Below the pieces are notes generated by a model. The model was not told where the DNA came from. It searched no databases and saw nothing but the letters and a program-made list of their open reading frames with translations. The position numbers and the translations under genes were made by a program. A stretch of DNA of 60,809 bases, filler included, from Sluysia triapertura (taxonomy: Eukaryota), in assembly GCA_046118255.1 (NCBI GenBank). It is 5 parts of 5 records of this genome, joined end to end, with 100 filler letters (N's around TTAATTAATTAA, not from the genome) between each part and the next. Parts side by side here need not be neighbours in the genome. Positions count along the whole stretch, not along the records: positions 47,860 to 60,809 come from JBJNIA010069840.1; 4 more parts are not named here. The stretch is one strand, 5' to 3'. Positions 52,521-60,809 of this stretch are shown here, one piece after another (the first letter of the stretch is position 1; every line of letters begins with the position of its first letter).

Positions 52521-55173
52521 CATTAATATTGTTATTAAAAACAGTTACATCAATAAAACATAAGAAGATAGATTTGTAAATCAGCATAATGATACTGATT
52601 TCAAGATATTGTTTACACGAAAAAGATTTAAAACTGGTTTCAAAACCTATATATTATAGGTTTCATCAATATTTTTTGGAAAGATCATGTTACTTCGACG
52701 AAGCCAGATTTATTTAAATTATGTAAAGTAGAGTTTAACCATAATGAAACGTTCAAATATAATACGTTTTCATGGTACGTGGTTTGAAAATCTCGCTAAG
52801 TTTCTGCACTTTAAACTTATGATCGATGCTTAAATGTGTTATGGATATGATAAAGAAGCTGATATTTCAACTATGCTGTAACCATTTGATTTCGGTACTA
52901 TAGAAAGGGTAAAATATAAATTTCTGATATAATCTACTTGATCACAGAGATCGAATTTGGGAAAACGTTTCAAAAGTTGATATTTCCGAAATCAAAATGA
53001 AATGTGTTTTTGAAGGTGATCAAATTCATGAAAGTGCTGCAACACCAAATGAATAAAAGAATGTTTCAAATAATTCAAAACTTCGTTTAGCGAGCAATAT
53101 AGATAATGTAAAAAAAGAAATTGAAACTATGAAATGTCAAGATAGTTCTGTTATGTTCATGATGCCAACAAAATCTCATTGTTACGGTAAATTATCTATG
53201 AAAATGTTTAGATTAATTTATGAACCGATGAATAAACTGTCAGTAAATGTAGATGTACAATATAAGCCAAATTCAAAATTTCTTTTATTCAAACTATTTG
53301 ACTTTTTAGATTTTTATTATGAACTGTTCTTTGAATCGATAGAACTTTTTAAAAGCATTTATGGAAAAGATGCTGTTTAATATTTTCTTTACTACTTGTT
53401 ATCTATTTGATAACGTAATATGTACTCATGATAATATTAATATTTAAAAATTTTTGGTGAAAGGTTTTAATTTCATGTGATACAAATATTGCCTTTGGGT
53501 ATTATTATATATTCTCTGTTCTTATCTCTTTCAATATAATAAGTCGCTTTTCTTATTTAATCTTAATTCACTTTCGACGTAGAGGTTAAGTGCCTTAAGT
53601 ACCATGCAAATCTATGCAAAACTGAGTTAAACATAAGCATAATCTGTAATTATAAACTATGCCCTCAACTAAAGTAGATGTTAATAATAATAATAATAAT
53701 GTATATTGAAATTATTAATTATTTCCACAACGAAAGCATTAATCGTTCGTAATTATTTTTATTTTTCAAATATTGCAGTTTAAAAAAACGAATCAAAATT
53801 TTGAAATGCATTAACTTTTATTACATTCCAAAATTTAAAAAGACTTACTCTAAAAATGAAATTAATAGAATCTTATATAATGTTTTTAATAATATTTTTA
53901 ATATTCTAATGAGATAAAAGTTCGTATATGATTTTTATGAATTCCTTCAGATTTTGCTTAGCATTTACTTGTCATTAATAAGGTATATTGTAAAGATAAA
54001 TATACAATATAAAAATAAGTTCGGAAATTATTATACGAAAATACGCACTAAGCAATATAAAATTTTATGAAATACATTAAACAATTTAAGAGATGTATAA
54101 AAACATCGACAATGACAAAATTATAGATTTAAATATATATATATATATATATATTGTATCATAAAATGCTAACGTAGATTCATTCATTTTTTGTATGCAA
54201 TCACTATGAAAATTGTGATTACAGACAATTGTAAGTACTCCTGATAATGGTTCATCCTAAATAACCGCATTATGATAATTATATAAATTACTAATTTTTC
54301 AAGGCATACTGGACAACAGGGTAATTCAGTTAGATTTGATAATGGAAATCGCATTGACTAATTTTAGTATAAAGTAAATATATAAAAATTACCGTTGACG
54401 AAGAAATAAATTCTACATGAGATACAAAAACCAGTGAACATATATTAGATTCTAGTGTATTAAAATGTACATTATTGAAATTTTTGTAAAATTCAACAGC
54501 ATCTTCCTATTTTACTATAAAATGAAATATAATGAATTACCGGAGTTGACAATTTCAATAAAACTATATATTCATTTACAGGAGAATTTTTAACTACTTT
54601 TAATTCGTTGATTCTATCTTTGAATGGATCAATAAATTGTAACACATCTCTCAGACCCATTTGTCGAGGAACTGAGATCATAGCTAACATATGAGTTTTA
54701 TTTGGTAATTCATTTGATATTATGTTAGATCTGAAAAACATTAAATGAAATAAACATTACACACTCATCCTTATAATAATGAATTATTCCTTCTGTTGTT
54801 TCATTTGCTGGATTACCTGATATAAATTCAATTTGTCCATATGTATCAAGGATTTCATTTTCCAAATTTAATTTATCCATATCTGAACATAAATAATTAT
54901 TAATATATAGATTACCGGAATATGATAATGTTATTATTTCAATTTTAGTGTAAATTCTTTCTCCTCTTTGACTGTCAAAAGAACTACAAAGCTTGTCCAA
55001 ATTCTTGTTAGAATAATATCCGATGCTATTAATTTCACTAGGTTTACCTAAATTAAAATTAATATAACCCTTATGCAATACAAACTGCTGTAATACACTC
55101 CAATATTTAAATCAGTTGATTTTAATTCAAAAATTATTAATAACGGTATAGCAAATTTAAACCTATCATCCAT
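52044..55173 (-). CDS. BRAP: BRCA1-associated protein BRAP/IMP (BRAP2, RING, ZnF-UBP); exons 55173-55086, 55047-54916, 54882-54765, 54730-54541, 54506-54393, 54357-54292, 54256-54174, 52300-52044; 3' end not found
   Basis: [102 protein letters not shown]...VWDYAADAHVHRLVANTSDG. All junctions are GT-AG and phase-consistent. Confidence 0.95.
52600..53380 (+). pseudogene. Decayed intronless ORF nested antisense in BRAP intron 7
   Basis: Long protein-like frames broken by isolated stops, ending in track ORF 53129-53380; no recognised homology. Confidence 0.35.
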
Positions 55174-56427
55174 AAAATATGTAATATCAATATAAATAAT
55201 ATTAAAATTAAACTACAAAATTAGAAAATAAAAAATTAATATATTATAATATAATAAATTACAAAGAAGCTTTATGATAAAAAGGTGTATTAAAATAATT
55301 ATATTGTTTATTAACTAAACCAGTTAATTAAACCGATTATTTCAACAAACCCATTTAATTACTGAACAATGTGAATTTAATACAATTAACATGTTAATTT
55401 TTTATACTTAATGGTTTAAAGATTAAATCAAATTAAAAATACCAGTAATAAATTTTTTGAAATTGAACATGAAAAGTAAATGCATAATAAGTAGATTTAA
55501 TGCCTAATTTTATTTCATTAATACATTCACAGCTAACTTCGAGTTTTGGCGTGAGCTATGGGTTAACTCGTACATTTTTGTTTAACCTACGCTACATTCC
55601 ATCAAACTTATAGTATTTTCATATTCACGACGACAATTTATCTCGTGCAATTAATAAAGCAATTAAAAATAATCTAAAATCAATATTGTTTCGTCTTTGT
55701 AATTATTAGTAACAATTGTGGTGGTCAACCCTTAATACTATTAAAATTTTATAAAAATAACCTTTAATATTCTAATATACAAACATTCTCTTATTCAGTC
55801 TTTTAACTCACACTTCACATTTACATTCAATACCACCAATTTACACCAACAAATCCATCATAAACGCATTACTTGATATTCATAACAATCAAACAAAAAC
55901 TATATTCGAAATTATCTACTCGATACCTTCGAGTCAATTACAACACCTTAAATCCATCATTTATCATTACATAACTACTAACAACACAAAAGACAATAAC
56001 ATTCAAAACAACAAGAAAACAAACCACGTAAAACAGTGCACTATAACCTTTCAAATATACTAAAAGTTATACTATAATTTATTATTTCGCACTTATTAAA
56101 CCACACAATGCATTTTTTGTTCGCAATCTCTCAATGTTTAAATGTCGTTTGCAATCAAAAACATAACAAAAGCATTCTTACCATATAAGATTACAAGTAT
56201 ACGGAAAGATCTTTAGTTTAAATATATGCAAATTTTATTTCTCTGTTAATTTAAGATATGTTAAGAATTCATAGAAAGAATTAGAAAGATCATGCATACT
56301 TATTACAAGGGATTTATGCATTTTTGATATTTTTATATAAAAGTAATATTAGGAATAATAACAGCTTTATTATTATTATTGTCAAAAATTTCATAAATTT
56401 GAATTAATTTGGTAAAAGTTGTTACTA

Positions 56428-56601
56428 CCATCACCAGTGTTGACATTGTTCATTACTGTCCACACATTTATGTCAACACTAATGATGGCTAATCATTCAC
56501 AGCATTCATTTTTGTTGTAATTCTAAATTTTATATCAATGTTACTCGCTATCCAACCAGAATCAAGTTTATAAATTTCCAGACAAACAATTCTGGTTGGA
56601 T
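56428..56601. other. Twin-hairpin element, copy 2
   Basis: IR1 56428-56446/56470-56488 (17/19); IR2 56550-56562/56589-56601 (13/13 perfect); homologous to copy 1. Confidence 0.85.
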
Positions 56602-56659
56602 GACCAATTATCGATCATCTAACACAAAAATAAAATTTATAATAAATAACAATTTAGAC

Positions 56660-57780
56660 ATTAAAAAGTTTAAGAAAAATTTTTAATAATTATCATGGAT
56701 AAGTTGCATTCTCAAATTCTGGATCAGCAAATAACTATTATCAAAATGAAGTTCAAAAGTAACAATGTAACAACTATAAGTTTTATATATAATGCGTCAA
56801 ATGTAATGGAAATTAGTCAATTAGTGATATTATTATCATACAATCTTACAATAAAACATTTCAGCTTAATGATTCAAGATATTCACACATTGTGGCAAAA
56901 CTGATTTCCTTTGTTAAGATTCTATTAGCAACTAACGCGTAAAAATTTATAAATCATTAGCATCATCGAATGATCATAATAATCTCAGCTACTATAATGT
57001 ATCCATTGGGAATCATAATATAATTCAAAAATTAAAATTTGAGTCAAATGTAGAACTAATTAAGTTAATCGTTGTATCGGTTCAAATTTCAAATGTTTTA
57101 TGGCGATTATAATTTCTCAAATGTACCACAAATCTACAAGTGTACTTATTAGGTTGCATTCAGAGATCAATGTGTAGAAAGTCTAAAAGACCCAACAAAT
57201 TAAAGATAATGAAGACAGTGTATTTTTTCAGTCAATTTTGTATCAAGTGGTTCACATGCCCAATTCATTTTATCATTATTCATTTAGGCGTATTAAATTT
57301 AAAGTCGTGTTTACACAAAAAATACAAATGCTTGAACCAAAACCACTCCAAGGTGATACTGATTCTAGAAATATTTAACTTCATTCATATACACCTGAAA
57401 TTGCGTCGTAAGGTTTGCATACAAGTAAATTTAGTGATCAAAGCTGTGTATGAAATGCGTGTAACATCAGAACTTACGCTCATCTCTTCATTTTTTAGAC
57501 CGATATTTTCTATGTTGATTGGACAAAAATAGAGAAATAGACTTGATTGGACGTCCAATCAATTGCTGCACACTTAAATTTACGAAAATTTTTAGAATAG
57601 AAGCTAATTTTATCAGTAGTAAAATCAATTACAAAACTGTTTTTAATAAAATAACGGTAGTAAATTCATTATTAAAATCTTTTCGAGTCAAATATTACCT
57701 TGCAAAGATAACAGCAAATCTAATTGTCAAATAAATTCGGTATAATTTCTTAAAATAGTTTCGATAATTACGTTAATATC
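56660..57780 (+). pseudogene. More decayed homolog of the 34819-35561 ORF
   Basis: Follows the same hairpins. Colinear remnants: QNEVQ (vs KDEVE), CVKCN (vs CIVCN), MIQD (vs LIQD), KNL* (vs ENLY). Confidence 0.45.
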
Positions 57781-58973
57781 GGCCTACAAAAAATATTATA
57801 ATTCATCAGATAGATAATTGATCACTGTTAACCTCCATTAACTATTCTCTGTTTGCTACTTACAACTTTGCCTTTAAGTGCGTAAGACTAAGATTCTAAG
57901 GGACTCACGTGCACAGCATTTCTTAAAGCAACACATCATTCACACAGAAAAATCCTCACAATATAAAACCTTATGAAACCCCTTTCCACTACAACTCATT
58001 CACTCACTTTTTATCAAATCCTAATTACTTTAGATAATTATTCAGCTACATTTGCCACAATAGACTTGTCAATCAAACATAACCACGTAATCACGTTATC
58101 ATGTAAATACTATCTAACTACATACAAATCCCAAAAAAGTTTTTTATACATTAGGAGGGTTTCAATTTAAGGTACTTTGATTATTTGAAGTTAAATGTTT
58201 ATTTTGTCTAGTTTTGTTGCGTGTAAAAATGATTTTTTATTATTCAATGATTTTATTGTACGTTGAAGAAAGATATTAATGTTAAATTTTTTTAAGTGAA
58301 AAGGTATGTTTTTGAACATTTTCATGTTTTGTCAAGAATAAAATTGTAGATTGTGTAGTGAGCCACCGCACATAAAAACATAAAACTTAGAAATACAATT
58401 GCACTTATTTCTTATTGGATATTACCACTGTAATGAAAAAATTTAATGTATCCCCAACTATAAACAAATTAAAAGTACAACCTATCAAGACGAAAACATG
58501 AAAATCAAACCATTTCTTATATTAATTTATAATTAAGCAAAATAATGTCCTATTCAAACAAATAAGAAACATACCATGATATGATAATACATCCAACAGA
58601 AAACAGTCTGGATATTCCTTGTACTTTTGTATAATTTAAATGATATATTTATTAAACAACTTTCAATAAACTCAATATTATGAAATCGTTGTGTTCATAA
58701 AGCAAAAAATTCAACAAAGTCATGCCTTGATAGCTTGTACATAAAACATACATCTACTGGATCAGTAAACGTTTTTATTATAAGGTTTGCATGTGCATAA
58801 ATGGTAAATTAAGATAAGCATTATTTAAAGAATTCCTTTAAGTATTAAAATAAATTTATTCAATATTTCATTTTTTTAGGTGAAAACAATTTAATTTTCG
58901 TTACACAGAAACTTCTAACTTGACATATCCCATTAAATTCATTAAGATTAATTTTAAATAAATTTGAACATAC

Positions 58974-59668
58974 CATCTGAAAATACATCCCTTTGACAAC
59001 TCTCTATTTTACACAAATGTTCTCCAAAAGAGTCTTTCCATGAGTTTTTAAAAAACAAACCACGGGTTTTGTTTGTAAACTGACTCCACCAATAATACTT
59101 ATTTAAGTACCAAAGACCAACTCCAAATTTGATATTTGGATGATTTTCTAATGGTTTTACATAAGAAATAACACTAAATTTAAATTTACAAGTTATTATT
59201 ATTATAACCTCCCACCACAATTTTGAACATCAAGATGACTTTCAAGTTTCAATACTTCAGCATGACCACGGTTGTTTTGCCTTGTGAAATTCAAATGTAA
59301 ACCGATACTATTATCAGATTTACATAATGCTAATAAATTAAAATTATTTTGTGGTTTCTCTTGCACTTTGAATATTAAATCAAGGTTGGCAACGGAATTC
59401 GTATATCCACTTTTGAAATATTTACTTCGATCTATAGTTACTTCAATTGATGACTCAAATACACCAATATTATTCAATCGTTCAATAACTTGTTTGATAT
59501 CACTTTTAAGATCTAATAAAGTATTTTTAGCGAAAATAGTTTCCGGCAATACCTATTATCATATTAAGAGGTCATTAATATATACACAAAATTAAATTGC
59601 ATTTTAATATTGGAATGAAGTTTAAGTTTATTAATTGTAATTTTTCAAGTTAAACAATTTTATTTATA

Positions 59669-59711
<43 letters not shown>

Positions 59712-59799
59712 CCTGTTTCTTCAAAAACTCTGCATTTGTGTTACGAATTCCTGTTATGTGAATTCTATTTATTATTAAGGGTTTCGAAATAAGATCCAT
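58974..59799 (-). CDS. SAMM50: SAM50 (Omp85 family), 5' part; exons 59799-59713, 59552-59209, 59173-58974
   Basis: POTRA-like IINRIHITGIRNTNAEFL...IERLNNIGVFESSIEVTID; NLDLIFKVQEK (like GLDVTFEVTE); NNRGHAEVL (like NLLGRAEKV); ISYVKP; WWSQFTNKTRG (like PWSSLRETDRG). Introns are phase-consistent. Confidence 0.85.
59672..59709. repeat. (TA)n microsatellite in SAM50 intron 1
   Basis: Pure TA run. Confidence 0.95.
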
Positions 59800-60809
59800 C
59801 TGTTCACGATTTTACAATTACTAAACATTAATACTACGAATTGTACAAAACATTGCTTTAAATATATAATATTTATAACTGTTGCTACTAAATGTAAAAC
59901 ATCATACTCTAATGCTATATGAAATAGAATTCATTTAATAATATTTTAAAACAAATACTCCAATAAATTTTATAAAATGAAAAATTCATAATAACATGCA
60001 TAAATTTGTCAACATTTATATCAAATTTTAGAAATGCAAATAATCAATTTTGTTAAATATTTAATAAACGAAATTTTTATTTACAATGTTATTAGTCATA
60101 AAAAATATAGTATAAAATCAATTTTAAAATATAATTTGTCATATTAAGAAATATCTTAAATATCTTGCACCATTTTGTAGGTGTTTATTTTATCATTTTA
60201 TTTATATATTACATTATTGGTTACAAATATATTCTCGGTTATTATTCTTAATTGCTCTAGATTATTCATGGTCAACAGTTTGGAAAAAAATATTAAAATT
60301 AAAAATGGTAATAAGATTTGTTACAATTGTTTATTTAGATTTTACGTGATTCCCTTACGATATTAGGCCTACTCACTTAAGGACTAATACATAATTGGCG
60401 TATAAAATAGCTATTTGGATGTTATATAAAAGAATGTTGTTACTCTAGCTTAAAGAGCTAATGCACTGATGTCACGATTTATTTCCTGTCCTCTTGCAGT
60501 GACATTGTAATTAAATAATTTGCATCAGATCTCCGAAGAGTAATTTGTAATTTTTTGATTTTATTTTTAAAATATTCTTAATCATCGAAGATTTTAGGTA
60601 GATTTCATAGCTATATAAGTTCATAATTGACACAAACGATGTAAAGAATAATTCGTACTAGTTAATAATAATATATTAATTTATATCGCGCTTATATCTA
60701 CCGCGAAAGTACTCAAAAGCGCTTAAGGTAAATCTGTAAGACGTTTTAATTGTATATTTTAGTGTAATGTAAAGTATATTATATTTTAGTGAAATTGTTT
60801 ATTATAATT

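Noticed and set aside
52128-52563. Track ORFs 52128-52316 and 52366-52563 (also 59272-59595, 25047-25238 and most other short track ORFs)
   Set aside because: These are antisense shadows of real exons, microsatellite translations, or chance I/L/F/N/K-rich frames in AT-rich DNA.
14849-59799. Alternative genetic code suggested by many in-frame TAA/TAG/TGA codons
   Set aside because: BAP18, BRAP and SAM50 exons read cleanly in the standard code, and RPS13 ends at TAA at the conserved position. The stops co-occur with frameshifts, which indicates decay.

Overview
This is eukaryotic, very AT-rich, intron-containing DNA, not prokaryotic. The window is a pseudomolecule of five unrelated contigs of about 11-13 kb (1-12866, 12967-23834, 23935-35561, 35662-47759, 47860-60809), joined by artificial 44N-TTAATTAATTAA-44N linkers. 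Recognisable genes use the standard code and mostly tiny 33-38 nt GT-AG introns. They are a complete BAP18/C17orf49 homolog, an 8-exon BRAP (BRAP2-RING-ZnF-UBP), the 5' half of SAM50, and HR1/pre-SH3 exons of an FNBP1/CIP4/Toca-1 homolog. The compact-intron, AT-rich style suggests a reduced invertebrate genome (e.g. orthonectid-like; inference only). The rest is pseudogenes (RPS13 in a decayed tandem segmental array, a CDK fragment, LRR-like pieces) and transposon debris (mariner, DD41D-like, Tc3-like, Tigger/pogo, hAT, piggyBac-like MITEs, L2/CR1 LINE, Gypsy integrase), plus several unclassified repeat families. The best novelty candidates are three. (1) A twin-hairpin element with compensatory base changes that precedes a novel CxxC-containing ORF, present on two contigs. 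(2) A decayed HUH-endonuclease/P-loop Rep-like (CRESS-virus or rolling-circle) sequence. (3) Several conserved genes that appear only as clean half-genes. All homology calls come from recalled motifs, not from searches.
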